DNA of 64,000 nucleotides from Zancudomyces culisetae HAW-14-8 (GCA_052426225.1 JBNJNM010000009.1:496001-560000); one strand, 5' to 3'. Shown: positions 46,845 through 62,059, numbered from the stretch's first letter. Numbers and translations: made by a program. The notes: a model not told the origin generated them from the sequence alone.

Positions 46845-49800
46845 GAATTTGTTAGATTCAATTTATTATGAATTCTAACTGGTTCTACTAGAGGGGTGGT
46901 ATCACTAGACTGGGTTTAACCCTTATAACTAGTTACCACTTTCTAGTCATACATATAAATGGAACCGGAACATTTATATGGGTCAAAATTTGACAATTTA
47001 TTTAAGGTTCAAAATATAATTTTTTAAATACTAAATTTTTATAGAAAAACAAATAAAATTACTACCTATAAAATTAACCAATAGTATGCAAATATTCTAT
47101 TTTGCATACAACAAATTTTTAATATTTTGATAGAAAATAAACTATACTAACCTATCTTTCCAGTAATTATTATTGGTATTAAACTAAAAAAAAATACGTA
47201 TATGTTCTTATTTCATAGGCATAAATAGATACTTTATTTCTAACAGTTGATACTATCCAAAAACTTGATGATTAATCAAGAGAGTAAAATTAAAACTACT
47301 AAATATACCTATTCCTTTTTATTTTTTTTTTGTTATCTATTTTATGATTTTTTTGTTAGTTTTCCTTATCTTTTTTTTTCTAAAGTTTTAGATGAATAAG
47401 AATACTGATAAACATAAATATTTAGTGAAATGTTATGTAATTTAACTATGGCTATATTACAAATTTGTTGACGAAATACTGATTCACTATTTTCGTATTG
47501 CTTTTGTAAATATATTCTAATTATAACTAACTATACTATGTGCTATTCTTTGTAGTTTTCAAAATAAAAGTTATACACTTATTGAATATATACCAAACCT
47601 TTTGTTATATTTTTATTTGATGATGTTTTCATAGCTAGTTTCCTAGCCCTATTTATACTTATAATTAAATGACTATTATATACTTGAAAACTAAGTATAT
47701 ACTTAAACTTAAAACATAAACTAAATATTAATAATATACCAGAATGTTGCTGTAGAAAAAATCCAGAAGGATAAAAAAAATTAGGCAACACATAATATAT
47801 TAAATATCCTATAATAATTAAAATATAAATGAATTAGTTATTGGTGAGATGTTATTATATAGCGTCTAGATGTAGTACTAGCCACTATATAACAAATTGT
47901 GTTGTGTGTTGCCATGTTTAACGTCCCATTTAGTGTTTTTTACACCAAATAACACACGGGACGGGTCATTTTACTTACCTTTTACTATATGCTGCGAATT
48001 ATTATATAGTTATTTTGATTTAGCAAAAATGGACATTTTTTAGTTAAACAAAAATTTCAATTTTATACAATAAAATCTACAAAAAATCTAACTAAAAATT
48101 ACAAAACACAATTAACCAATGGAAATGTATCACCTATTGTAGGCATAAAACAATTAAAATATAGTTGATTTTATTACTATACATATTATAATAGACTTTA
48201 TACTTATTATTATCTAAGTATTGTTAAAGTAATTATAGACGGTATAACTAGTTTTTTATGTGTCGGATCTCTTTATTTTGTATAAATTTCTACTCTTTTT
48301 ATACTTTTTTTTTGATTATTCTGAATATCCTGATACAAGTAGTAATCACTTATATAATATTATTTGCTAATAATAAACCTGGACTAAAAATAATATTAAT
48401 AATAATTTTAACTTGAGTCATTAGAAAAAGATATCGACTACATTACTTTATCGATAAAAAAACTAATCCCCACAAGGTAGCGGCTTTATTAAATAACGTT
48501 ATGACTAATTAACTAGTCATAACCTCGTCTAGCCACTATATGACAGAATTGTCGTGTAGTGAAAAAGCTTAAGCTACTACTTGGTAACTTTCGCAACCAA
48601 GTACTACACTGGACGGGCCAATTTCAATAATAAATAAATTTATTATACTATTATTGATCTGTGGAAAAGGACATTTATTAATTAATTCCATTCAAACATA
48701 TTTATACTAATTCTATAAAATTCATAAATAATCTAACCAATAAAATTGGGACAACTCTTCAGTATAGTTTACTATACGACATTTTTGTCGTGTGTTGCCA
48801 TGTTTAACATCCCATTTAGTGTTTATTACACCAATTAACACACGGGACGGGTCATTTATATTACCTTTTTACTTATATGCTGCGAATTAATATAAGTATT
48901 ATGGGTTTGCAAAAGTGAACATTTATATATTTAATAACAATTTCAATTAGATACAATAAAATCTACAAAAAATCTAACTAAAAATTACAAAACACGTTTA
49001 ACCAATGGAGATGTTACACCAATTGTAGTCATACAACATTTTTTGTAATATTTAATTTGAATCTTAAATATTTATTACCCGCTTTGGGTGCTAGGTACAT
49101 TTACAATATTATTTACACTTTAAAATAGTGTTTATAAAATTTCAAGGGAGTAATATTATATCTTTTTAGTGGTGATACCTATTATGAATGAAAATTTATT
49201 TAATTAATAGAAGTATATATTATTTTATTTTTTGAAAAATCTCACTAACTGAAAAACATGGCATTAATTAAGACAACAATATAAACTATAAATTAGAATT
49301 ATATATAATATAGCTGAAAACGCTATCCAATATTTATTGGCAAAATCCTATTTAAGAAGAAAAGTCCAATCTATACTAATTGTATTAATAAATAAATTAA
49401 TAAATATGATAATTATAATATACGTGAAAGACTATAGTAATATCCAAAGAGGTAGATGTAAGCCGTCTGTTTCTATATAAATTTATGTTATATAGTGGAA
49501 TTATAAACCTGTATTTACTTGTATTTTATTGGATAATTATAAACCTGTATTTACTTGTATTTTATTGGATAATTATAATAGTATTAATTTATATTATAAA
49601 TTGTCTAGTTTTGAAATAATAAATAATTGGCTTTTTCTCCCAAATTATTATTGCTATAATATATAATTATAAAAGTCCTGTCGTGCATAATACTAAGTAA
49701 TTATATTACTCGTTAGGACTTTAAACATGTAACTATTCAACATTCTGTCGTATAAAATATTATACGTTATAGATTTCTTTCTATTGTAATTAATAGTATT

Positions 49801-49986
49801 ATTTTATTGGATATTTAATTAATAGTTTTTGTAGTTCTTTTGTAGTATTTAAATCAATGAAATTTTTCGTTAATTATATTTGTCGGCTCTTGAATATAAA
49901 AATAGTAATATAAATATTTATAAATAGTAGCTATTAATGGCCAGTCTCGTGTAATGCTTGAAAGCTAACTGGTTTCAAGTAAGACG
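44905..49986 (+). repeat. Left arm of a large inverted duplication
   Basis: Reverse complement of 58921-64000; only a few differences seen by eye. Confidence 0.95.
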
Positions 49987-50556
49987 TAAAACATTTCTAC
50001 TACACTACATTTCTTGTTGTATAAATACATGTTTAACGTCCTACTGAGTATTAATATATCCAGTATTATACAGAACGGAACTTTTATTATTATGTATTAG
50101 GACTATAATTATTGTTGAGATAAAAAATATTTATTAATATATTCAAAACTAGACTATTTAATGCATAAAATAATATTATTTAAATTAACCAATAAAATAC
50201 AAGAAAATACCGATAAACAATTCCTACATATAACTTTCTTTAATTGCGTGTTAGTTATTTATTCTCACTTAATTTAAACTAATATATACTTTGATAACTA
50301 AATAGTTATTTAATTATATTTATTCATGTATAATTATATATAAGTTATAGACATTTAGTAAATAGATCAAAACTGAATTATTTGATATCTTTTGAATTTC
50401 TGAAAAACTTCAAGTATTTATAATTTTAAAACTATCTAATACTTGATACACACATTAAATCTATAAAATAATTAAAATCTATTCTTTTGTATTTTAATTC
50501 TAATTTAGAAAAAACCCGAAGTTTAATAATTATAATCTAGAACATCGTAATATATA
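46850..50556. repeat. Stack of solo-LTR-like modules continuing away from tRNA-Ser
   Basis: Modules 46850-47113, 47118-47461, 47466-47894, 47900-48152, ~48155-48545, 48550-48781, 48786-49038 and more; spacers gaat/aatt/aatt/aatt/gaat. Confidence 0.85.
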
Positions 50557-52164
50557 CAGTGACTCAAAAAATTGTTCAAATGTTTTTGATGTAAATTCAA
50601 AAATTAGTATATCTCACGAATATTATATCGTATCTCTATAAAAATATCTAATATTATATATTAATATACTATGTATTACCTATCAAAATTTTAGAATACT
50701 TGAATTAGGCCAATCAACTGTAGTTATACTTTACGTAAAATTATTATAAATGAACAATTATTTGGTTTTAAATTAAATTTATCAATTTTAATGATATCAT
50801 TTTCATATTGTTAGATATCATTATAAAATATTATAAGTTACTATATATAACTTTTATTATCTACACAATACATTATATTATTAAAATATAAATTTTTGAT
50901 CAATTTAAATACGATGAAAAAACTCTATAATATAAAAGTTTGGAGTGTTATAAATCTGCAGGATAATGGATGCATATAGCCTAAATGCATCTAAACTATC
51001 TATTAGTAAAGGGACAATATCTAACAAAAAAAAAAGTATTGTCCATCAATAAAAAATTTATCACCTGGCAGCCCAAATAAATTGACAAAAGCTAATGAGT
51101 GATTAATAATTTGTAAAATTACGTCTGGACAATTTGATACAGCGACAGACACTACAAAATTTCTCAAGGATAATGGCCTTGTATCTGTGGTTCCTCAAAC
51201 AGTGCGGAATAGCTTGAATAAATATGGTTTAAGTGCAAAACCTAAGGTCAAAAAACCTATGCTAAAATTAGGCCATATTAAACAACGACTTGCATTTGCT
51301 TAAAATAATCAGCATTGGACTGTAGAAGACTGGAAACGTGTGATATGGTCTGACGAGACTAAAATTAACAGATTTGGGTCAGATGGGCGCATGTGGTGCT
51401 GGAAAAAACAAGGGAGCCAGTTAAAACCGAACCATGTTAAAAAAACTATAAAACATGGTGGAGGTTCAATCATGATATGGGGATGATGACTTCAGAAGGC
51501 TCAGGCTATCTTACTATAATTGATTGCGGACTTAATGCAGAATTGTACTGTGATATTCTTGAAGACGAACTGGTAAAATCAATGGAGTGGTACGACTTAG
51601 ACAGGGAAAGTATAATTTTTCAGCATGATAACGATCCAAAACACACCGCGAAAATTACTAAAGAATGGTTGCAAATTAACTCAATTTAGGTGCTTGACTG
51701 GCCAGCGCAGTCACCTGACCTAAATCCAATTGAACATATATGGATCAATATGAAAAGACGGCTGTCAAATCACGAAAATGCACCAAAAGGGATGTACGAA
51801 CTTTGGGACCGCGTACAAGACGAGTGGAATAAGATAACACGTGACAAGTGTATGTCGCTAATCAGTAGCATGCCAACAAGAATTTTTGCATATTGAATGC
51901 CAGGGGTGGATATACTTAATATTAGTTTAATTAAGTTTATATAATTTTTTATTATTAGCAAAAAAATTGTTCAAATAATATTTTTTCAAAAAGTTTAACT
52001 ACAGTTGATTGGCTGGTTCAAGTATTCTAAAAATTTGATAGGTTATACATGGTATATGGATGTATAATATTTGTAAAATTTATAGTGATGCGATATAGTA
52101 TTTGTGAGATATAATTTTTTTTTAATGATTATCAAAAACATTTGAACAATTTTATGAGATACTG
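50557..52164 (+). mobile_element. Tc1-like transposon of a second family with a pseudogenised transposase
   Basis: TA-flanked TIRs cagtgactcaaaaaattgttcaaatgtttttgat / atcaaaaacatttgaacaattttatgagatactg; WSDETK, FQHDNDPKH and SPDLNPIE fragments. Confidence 0.92.
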
Positions 52165-52166
52165 TA

Positions 52167-55100
52167 TATGGCTGGAATATGTTAATCATGTATCAGAGAT
52201 ATTTTTACAGTCACTGATAACAAGCTTGATATAAAATAAAACGGATGTAGTTTCAAGTCTTCGCTGCCCGTTTTTGTAGAATGGCACCCATCGCTGAATC
52301 TGAAACGTTTGTGTCTAATGTAAACGGTTTAGCGAAATCTGGATTTTTTAACACTGAGCTATTTGTTAAAGCTGCCTTTAATTTATCTAATGCTGCTTGC
52401 TAAACTGGGCATATATAATCGATTGATTCTGCATAGGTGTAATTTTTAATAAATCTGTTATCGGTGTTGATATTCTTGCAAAAGCTTGTATTAATTTCCT
52501 ATAATATGAGGTTATGCCATGAAATTGGCTTATGTGTCTGGCTGTAGTCGGGATGAGCCAGTCTTATATTAATTGATTTTAATTACCTTTGGTCGGTTAT
52601 TTCCTTCTTCTGCGATATTTCCTAATAAATTCTATATTGTATCAGCAAATCCGTACTTTTCATTGTTTAATGTTAAGTTGTTTTCGGTTAATATTTTAAA
52701 TACTACGAATATTATGTCGGTGTGATTCAGTAGTGTCAATGAATAATTTAAAATAAGTTTAAGTATACTATTATTTAATTTCCAAATATTTTCTAAAAAT
52801 AATATTCATTACTTGTTGAAAAACTGCAGGGGAATTCGTGAGTCCGAACGGTAGTACGCGGAAAGCATATTTTCCGTATCGCATATTAAACGAGGTTATA
52901 TCATTGTCTTCTACGGCATTTGTAGTTGATGATATCCCGAACGTAAATCAAGTTTAGAGAAGGTTTATGCTTTTCCTAATTGATTTATGCACTCTTCGAT
53001 CCTCGTCATAGGCGCCGTAATGCGAGTTGTGACTTATTCAATGCCCTATAGTCGATGCATAATCTTAAACCCCATCCTGTTTACGAACGAAAAACGTTGG
53101 GGCACTCCAAGCTGCTGTCGAAGGTCTGATAAGTTTCGCAACTATTAGATTTTCTAATTGTTCTTTTAACATTCCCAGTTTTTCTGGTGACATCTTAAAT
53201 GGATGTCTATTAATTGGTTCATGATCATTAACGTTTCTCTTAATGTTATTATTCCTCAGCGGGGGTAAAGTATCTATATCATCCTATAATTATCTGAGTA
53301 AAAGTGAAGTCGGTCATTTATTTTAGAATCTAAGATCGGTTTTGGATTATGGTTTTATTGTACCTTGTCGATTAGGAATACTTCGCAAATTCAATTTTTG
53401 AATTGTTTAATTATTTTTACAAATCATCCGTGTTATTTTGATTGACTTATCATACATCATCTCAGTTTCACCCAATATTATTAGGGTTCGTTTTGTATAA
53501 CCAGTTCGACCTAGTATTAAATCATAGTTTAAATTATTTATAGAATAAAAGATTGTGTAAAAATTTAAATTTTTGTTAGAAAAAGCAACATCGAATATTT
53601 GTTATCGTGATCAATGTATTGTTGGCAAGTTTTACGGAAAATGGTGTCGACATCATGGTTGAGGATATTCTCATACTTTCAATTAGTTTGTCCGAAATGA
53701 ATTCCGTGGTTGCTTCACTGTCTATCAAAGCTTCTACTTCTTGATTGTTTATTTTTACTTTTAAGATATATGGTTTTGATTCCGTAGTTTGATAACTGGT
53801 GGTTAATGAATTTGACGGGGAACCACTGCTGACTCTTAGTGGTCCCCTGTTACTTTTTTTTTGCTTTCCATTCCCTTTTCATTCTGGGCATTCGTGTGCT
53901 CGGTGTCCGTGTTTCTTACATTGAAAGCATAATCCTTTTTTAAACAATCTTGTTTTTCTCGTATTTTCCTGTGGTATGAAATCGAGTCGACTTCCATTGG
54001 TTCTGGTTGTTGTCTCGGTTTCCAACTTGGTGGGTCTGGTTTGAAATACGCTTCGCGGGGTTGCGTATACGATGTTCCCCGAGGGCTGTATTCCATACCG
54101 GTGCGTTAGTGTCGTATATCTCGGCTAACCTCATTGCTTCGTCTAAAGTTTTGGGCTCCATTGCTCTTACTCTGCTCTAATTTTTGTCCTTAAGTATCTG
54201 ATGTATTGGTCTAAGGCTTCGGTTTCTAATACGTCTCCTATTAATGTTTTTTGTCATGATTTATCTGTCACGACTTGACACAAAGTACTATTTGTATTAT
54301 CTATGGCTATGATTTATTTAATAAATACTATGAGATGAAAAGTATTTTATTGCTAAAGTTTCATAAAGCAATAAAATCCTTGTCCTTATATAGTTTTACA
54401 ATTTACAAAATTAATTGTAAAACATAATAAAAACTATACTTAAACTATTACTTAAAACTAAATAATATTTACTGTCAAATCCACAGAAACATTTAATAAT
54501 ATGGGGTAAAACCAAATAATTAATAATTATTAATTCTTACTCCATAATTAATAATTTATTGAGTAAGAATTAAAGCGGAGAAAACGTTATTAAATTTAAC
54601 ATTTGCTATTTTTAATAACATATTAAAAATAGTAATTTGTCATGAATGGATCATGACATTATCACGCCATTTTAAATTAAATACACGTGTTGTATTTAAT
54701 AACTAATTTTCTGCGCAATTTTCTCAAATATATTTTGGAAAATATAATTTTGTTGATTGCGCAGTAGATTATAATATTTATTAACGTGTTATAATTACGA
54801 CTTTTGCTGGACAATTTACACGTTTTACATTACTAATTAATTGATTAGTAATCATTCTAGAATTCTAACATTCCAGAAATTTCTATATAGTTATAACAAT
54901 GATTTTCATTGTTTTAAGTAGTTTTGAAAAAAGTGTATATAGTCATAGATTAATTGATAGAGAAACTTCTGCAAAAAATATATTCACAAGTTATATACTA
55001 CTTAAGTAACTAAATAAAATAAAATAAAATAATACTTAGTTGTCAGGTCCTGACATTTTTAGGTTGTGGAATTCCTCGGAATACTGTATCACCGATCCAG

Positions 55101-55690
55101 TTTGCCTTAGATGTGATGTCTATCTCTGAGCTTTTGAGTTCGTTGTAATTTTTTGAACCGCGTTGTTAATGCCGTCTCAAAGCTATTCCAATTACTCCAT
55201 CTAGTAACTTCTTTATCCTCGCTTATCCAGGATTGAATCCACGCTAGAGTGTTTTTTCTTAAGCATCCTGGTGCTGTGATTATCAGCCGTTTATTGTCAA
55301 TTCTCCGCTGTTACGTCTCCATATTTTGAACTGTAATAACCACTGTTCAATGTTCTCTGAAGGACGACCTTCGAAATAGGTTGGATTAACCAGTGAGGTT
55401 CTCTTTTACACTTTTTCCTCTTAAATTGTCGCTAACATGTTTTTAAACTGCTCTTCAGTGAACACTATTTGTCAGTTTGTTTATTTGGTCATATTGCTTT
55501 CGGTATTTTGGTTTGTAGTTGATTTTAATTCTTTTATTTCATCTTAGCTAACTGTTTTCTGTAAAATCTAATCTACTTAAAATGTTTGTTAAGCTAAATT
55601 ATTTAAACCTATCTTGGTTATTTGTGCTTTTAAATAATCTGATATGTCAACTCTGTCGGATCTATCTGAACTATCGGGACCTACTGAACT
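52167..55690 (-). pseudogene. Highly decayed Ty3/gypsy gag-pol remnant, truncated in RNase H at the Tc1
   Basis: Fragments PEPMEVD, EALIDS, CIDYR, LDLRSGY and [11 protein letters not shown] on the minus strand. Confidence 0.8.
54252..55055. mobile_element. Solo LTR (TSD ttttt) containing a nested solo LTR at 54266-54658 (TSD ttatc)
   Basis: Both have TGTCA...TGACA termini and perfect 5-bp TSDs. Confidence 0.85.
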
Positions 55691-55697
55691 AGGTGGT

Positions 55698-56177
55698 TGT
55701 TAGATACCAATATTATACACAATAATGATGGTATTAACAAATTAACATACAGTTTATATATAAAAGTTATATTAATTTACTAGTTTAAATTTCACAGTAA
55801 TAATATAATATTAGTTAATAATATCTTTATTCCTGTTAAACAAGATTGACAAACTTAATTGTTCATGAAAAGGATTCGTATCACCATTTATACAATTAAG
55901 TTTGTACTAAAACTTTAATATAAACTAAAACTATCAATATAACTTATATTAATAAACAAATAAACTAATATCATTAATATACACAATATTAATGATAATA
56001 CATTTAATATTGATCATTGTATCAATATTAATGATTAAATTAATTATTAAATAATAATTAAATAATATAAACTTAATATTATAAAAAATTAATGATACAC
56101 ATTAATATCATAAAAATTAATTAATTTTAATTGTATATAATATACAATACCATAATGATACATGTGTATTCATAACA
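55698..56177. mobile_element. LTR copy related to 56298-56772 and 20510-21010
   Basis: tgttagataccaat...gtattcataaca; no matching TSD. Confidence 0.75.
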
Positions 56178-56297
56178 ATATGAAACAAAACTATTAGAAT
56201 ACATAACAGCATAAAAATAGTGTATAGCTATTTTATATATTGGAAACTAGATTAACATTTAAGTTTAATTCATATTATATATGAATAAGTTAGTATA

Positions 56298-58798
56298 TGT
56301 TTGATACCAATATTATACACAATTATAATGGTATTAACAAACTATCACACAGTTAGTTTTTGAAAGCTATTAATTATTTGTTTATGAAAACACACAGTAA
56401 TCATAAAATATAACTAATATAACTTTATTTGTAATAACGAGATTGTTAAACTTAATTGTTCATCAAAGGAAAATGTATACCCTTTTATACAACTAAGTTT
56501 ATAATAAAACGTAATATAAAACTAAAACTAATATTATGAAAAATATTTTTAATAATAAACTTTTTCATTAATATACAAAATATTAATGATGATACATATA
56601 ACATTGATCATTGTATCAATATTAATGTTTTAAACTAGTTATTAAATAATAATTAAATAATATAAACTAATAATTAATTAGTATTAATGATACACATTTA
56701 ATATCATTAATGTTAGTTAATACCATATTGTAAAATATACAATATTGTTATGATACATGTGTATTCATAACATTACCCCCCTTTTAAGGGTACTTACTAA
56801 GTGTGTATTAATCTGACTCGCGTTCGTTTTCAATCTTGCTGAGCCAAAATTCTTGTATTTTTTCGTGTGCGTTAACATCCTGTTCACGCTCCCAACTTCG
56901 TTCTTCAGGTCCATATCCTTCGTAATCAATGTAATAATATGTGGTACCATCAATTTCTTTTGTATCCAAAATTTTATATACCACATACTCAATTTCATTA
57001 TTGATGATTACTGGTGATGGGGGTCTGAGTCTGGTCTTATCACGAGTTCTGATTTGTGATATTTTTCTAGCAATGATACATGAAATACTGGATGTATCTT
57101 CATGTTTGGTGATAATTGTAGCTTAAATGTGACGTCGTTTATTTTTCCTATAACCTTGTATGGACCTATCTTTTTGTTGTCCAAATTATTTGTAGGCCTT
57201 GTAGTTTGTACATTTTTACGTATTAGCCATACTTTATCACCTATTTTGAATTTTGGATGTCGTTTTAGCTTCCTATCTGCAAACTTTTTTCCAGTTTTAG
57301 TTGCATTTTGTAACACTTTTTTGATGTCATGATGATGTTTTTCCAGTTCTATAACACGGTTTTCAGCTCTTGGAATTAACTCAATAGTTGGTATTTGTGG
57401 TGAAAATGAAGTATCAAAACCATATAATGCTTTAAATCGTGACATCTTAATTGCACTATAATAAGCATTATTGTATGAATATTCAGCTAATGGCAGTAGT
57501 TTGCACCAGTTATCTTGCATGTAGTGTCGTATAATGGGTATATGACAGAAAATCCCTAAGTAATTTTCATAGTAAATATTTATTATTTATATTTTTTATA
57601 GATTATTCAACCTATTAACTTTACGTATCGATCTATATATAGTTTTTTATACATATATCGATTGATATATAATTTTTCTATGTGTAGAATTAAAAATAGA
57701 AATAGATTAATTATATAATGTAAACAGAAACCCTTTTAGGAAAAAAGGTGTGCAATAAATAAATTAATACTATATCAAAGTAATATTAGTATAAACGTGA
57801 ACCCTTCCATAATAATATTTTTAGGAAGTAAAATATAGATAAAATATAAGTTTAAATAATAATAATAATAAATCTAATAACTGCTACGAGAGCAAGCAAG
57901 ATAATATCCCTGAAACAGAACCATTCAGTTGGATATTATACAACAGTAGTCGCTATAACACCTTAAATATTGCTCCAATGTTTGATTAGTACGCTCAGTT
58001 TGACCATTAGTTTCAGGGTGATAAGCACTTGAAAGTTTTATTTTTACGTTTAAAAGTTCGTAAAATCGCTTCCAAAACTTGCTTATAAACTGAGATCCTC
58101 TATCAGAAATGATTTCATCAGGTGTACCATGTAGTTTAAACAGGTTTTTAATGTATGCAGTAACAGTTTCGGGTGAAGTCGGTAGCTTTTTAAATGGTAT
58201 AAAGTGAGCCATTTTAGTATATCTATCAACAATAACCATTATTGTTGTATACCCATTTGACTTTGGGAGATCTGTAATGAAGTCCATAGTTATAGATTTC
58301 CATGGTCCAGGTGCTATTGGTAACGGTTGAAGCAATCCATACTGTTTATGTCTGTTAGATTTATTTTTTTGACATACCTCACATGTATTAATGTATTCTT
58401 TCACATATTTCATTTTTTGTTTTATAAAATAGTTTCGATCCAAATTTTTTATAGTTTTATGTATCCCAAAATGTCCAGCTGCACCTGAATCATGAACTTC
58501 TTGAAGTAATTGTACCCTTAGTACATCAGGTACATATATTTTTTCATTTATATATATTAATCCATTACGTTTTATAATAATATCAGTATCTTTTAGTTGT
58601 TGTTTTAAATCATTAATATCGATATTATTCTGCTCAATGATGTTTTAATGTTGTTTAAAAGTTCAGATTGTGGTATTAAAATTGCATTAATAAAGTGATA
58701 TCCCTCAATAATATTGTGATTTAAAACTTTTGAATCATCACTATTAATATATCTTGAAAGTGCATCAGGTTTACCACTTTGTTTTCCTGGTCTGTAGG
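56298..58798 (-). mobile_element. 5'-truncated chromovirus: RNase H end, integrase, chromodomain and 3' LTR (56298-56772)
   Basis: ORFs 57925-58443 and 57008-57520 are integrase pieces; PPT aaaaggggggtaa abuts the LTR. Confidence 0.88.
57525..57945. mobile_element. Solo LTR inserted in the integrase, 4-bp TSD gtag
   Basis: gtag|tgtcgtataa...ttatacaaca|gtag; removing it restores the reading ...CYSDYMQDNW. Confidence 0.88.
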
Positions 58799-61700
58799 TG
58801 TCAGAATCGCATTATTTACCCATAAGTTTAAATATTTATTATTAATCATATAAAATTACCTTTGAATCCTAACTTAGGAACATTAAGTTTACCAACTTAA
58901 ATAAATTAGTTTCCTGACAACGTCTTACTTGAAACCAGTTTTCCAAGCATTACACGAGACTGGCCATTAATAGTTACTATTTATAAATATTTATATTACT
59001 ATTTTTATATTCAAGAGCCGACAAATATAATTAACGAAAAATTTCATTGATTTAAATACTACAAAAGAACTACAAAAACTATTAATTAAATATCCAATAA
59101 AATAATACTATTAATTACAATAGAAAGAAATCTATAACGTATAATATTTTATACGACAGAATGTTGAATAGTTACATGTTTAAAGTCCTAACGAGTAATA
59201 TAATTACTTAGTATTATGCACGACAGGACTTTTATAATTATATATTATAGCAATAATAATTTGGGAGAAAAAGCCAATTATTTATTATTTCAAAACTAGA
59301 CAATTTATAATATAAATTAATACTATTATAATTATCCAATAAAATACAAGTAAATACAGGTTTATAATTATCCAATAAAATACAAGTAAATACAGGTTTA
59401 TAATTCCACTATATAACATAAATTTATATAGAAACAGACGGCTTACATCTACCTCTTTGGATATTACTATAGTCTTTCACGTATATTATAATTATCATAT
59501 TTATTAATTTATTTATTAATACAATTAGTATAGATTGGACTTTTCTTCTTAAATAGGATTTTGCCAATAAATATTGGATAGCGTTTTCAGCTATATTATA
59601 TATAATTCTAATTTATAGTTTATATTGTTGTCTTAATTAATGCCATGTTTTTCAGTTAGTGAGATTTTTCAAAAAATAAAATAATATATACTTCTATTAA
59701 TTAAATAAATTTTCATTCATAATAGGTATCACCACTAAAAAGATATAATATTACTCCCTTGAAATTTTATAAACACTATTTTAAAGTGTAAATAATATTG
59801 TAAATGTACCTAGCACCCAAAGCGGGTAATAAATATTTAAGATTCAAATTAAATATTACAAAAAATGTTGTATGACTACAATTGGTGTAACATCTCCATT
59901 GGTTAAACGTGTTTTGTAATTTTTAGTTAGATTTTTTGTAGATTTTATTGTATCTAATTGAAATTGTTATTAAATATATAAATGTTCACTTTTGCAAACC
60001 CATAATACTTATATTAATTCGCAGCATATAAGTAAAAAGGTAATATAAATGACCCGTCCCGTGTGTTAATTGGTGTAATAAACACTAAATGGGATGTTAA
60101 ACATGGCAACACACGACAAAAATGTCGTATAGTAAACTATACTGAAGAGTTGTCCCAATTTTATTGGTTAGATTATTTATGAATTTTATAGAATTAGTAT
60201 AAATATGTTTGAATGGAATTAATTAATAAATGTCCTTTTCCACAGATCAATAATAGTATAATAAATTTATTTATTATTGAAATTGGCCCGTCCAGTGTAG
60301 TACTTGGTTGCGAAAGTTACCAAGTAGTAGCTTAAGCTTTTTCACTACACGACAATTCTGTCATATAGTGGCTAGACGAGGTTATGACTAGTTAATTAGT
60401 CATAACGTTATTTAATAAAGCCGCTACCTTGTGGGGATTAGTTTTTTTATCGATAAAGTAATGTAGTCGATATCTTTTTCTAATGACTCAAGTTAAAATT
60501 ATTATTAATATTATTTTTAGTCCAGGTTTATTATTAGCAAATAATATTATATAAGTGATTACTACTTGTATCAGGATATTCAGAATAATCAAAAAAAAAG
60601 TATAAAAAGAGTAGAAATTTATACAAAATAAAGAGATCCGACACATAAAAAACTAGTTATACCGTCTATAATTACTTTAACAATACTTAGATAATAATAA
60701 GTATAAAGTCTATTATAATATGTATAGTAATAAAATCAACTATATTTTAATTGTTTTATGCCTACAATAGGTGATACATTTCCATTGGTTAATTGTGTTT
60801 TGTAATTTTTAGTTAGATTTTTTGTAGATTTTATTGTATAAAATTGAAATTTTTGTTTAACTAAAAAATGTCCATTTTTGCTAAATCAAAATAACTATAT
60901 AATAATTCGCAGCATATAGTAAAAGGTAAGTAAAATGACCCGTCCCGTGTGTTATTTGGTGTAAAAAACACTAAATGGGACGTTAAACATGGCAACACAC
61001 AACACAATTTGTTATATAGTGGCTAGTACTACATCTAGACGCTATATAATAACATCTCACCAATAACTAATTCATTTATATTTTAATTATTATAGGATAT
61101 TTAATATATTATGTGTTGCCTAATTTTTTTTATCCTTCTGGATTTTTTCTACAGCAACATTCTGGTATATTATTAATATTTAGTTTATGTTTTAAGTTTA
61201 AGTATATACTTAGTTTTCAAGTATATAATAGTCATTTAATTATAAGTATAAATAGGGCTAGGAAACTAGCTATGAAAACATCATCAAATAAAAATATAAC
61301 AAAAGGTTTGGTATATATTCAATAAGTGTATAACTTTTATTTTGAAAACTACAAAGAATAGCACATAGTATAGTTAGTTATAATTAGAATATATTTACAA
61401 AAGCAATACGAAAATAGTGAATCAGTATTTCGTCAACAAATTTGTAATATAGCCATAGTTAAATTACATAACATTTCACTAAATATTTATGTTTATCAGT
61501 ATTCTTATTCATCTAAAACTTTAGAAAAAAAAAGATAAGGAAAACTAACAAAAAAATCATAAAATAGATAACAAAAAAAAAATAAAAAGGAATAGGTATA
61601 TTTAGTAGTTTTAATTTTACTCTCTTGATTAATCATCAAGTTTTTGGATAGTATCAACTGTTAGAAATAAAGTATCTATTTATGCCTATGAAATAAGAAC

Positions 61701-62059
61701 ATATACGTATTTTTTTTTAGTTTAATACCAATAATAATTACTGGAAAGATAGGTTAGTATAGTTTATTTTCTATCAAAATATTAAAAATTTGTTGTATGC
61801 AAAATAGAATATTTGCATACTATTGGTTAATTTTATAGGTAGTAATTTTATTTGTTTTTCTATAAAAATTTAGTATTTAAAAAATTATATTTTGAACCTT
61901 AAATAAATTGTCAAATTTTGACCCATATAAATGTTCCGGTTCCATTTATATGTATGACTAGAAAGTGGTAACTAGTTATAAGGGTTAAACCCAGTCTAGT
62001 GATACCACCCCTCTAGTAGAACCAGTTAGAATTCATAATAAATTGAATCTAACAAATTC

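Noticed and set aside
412-50556. Module stacks as a true CRISPR array, integron or recombinase cassette system
   Set aside because: No constant repeat, cas gene or recombinase. Junctions are explained by integrase TSDs, and one module family matches the LTR of a full element.
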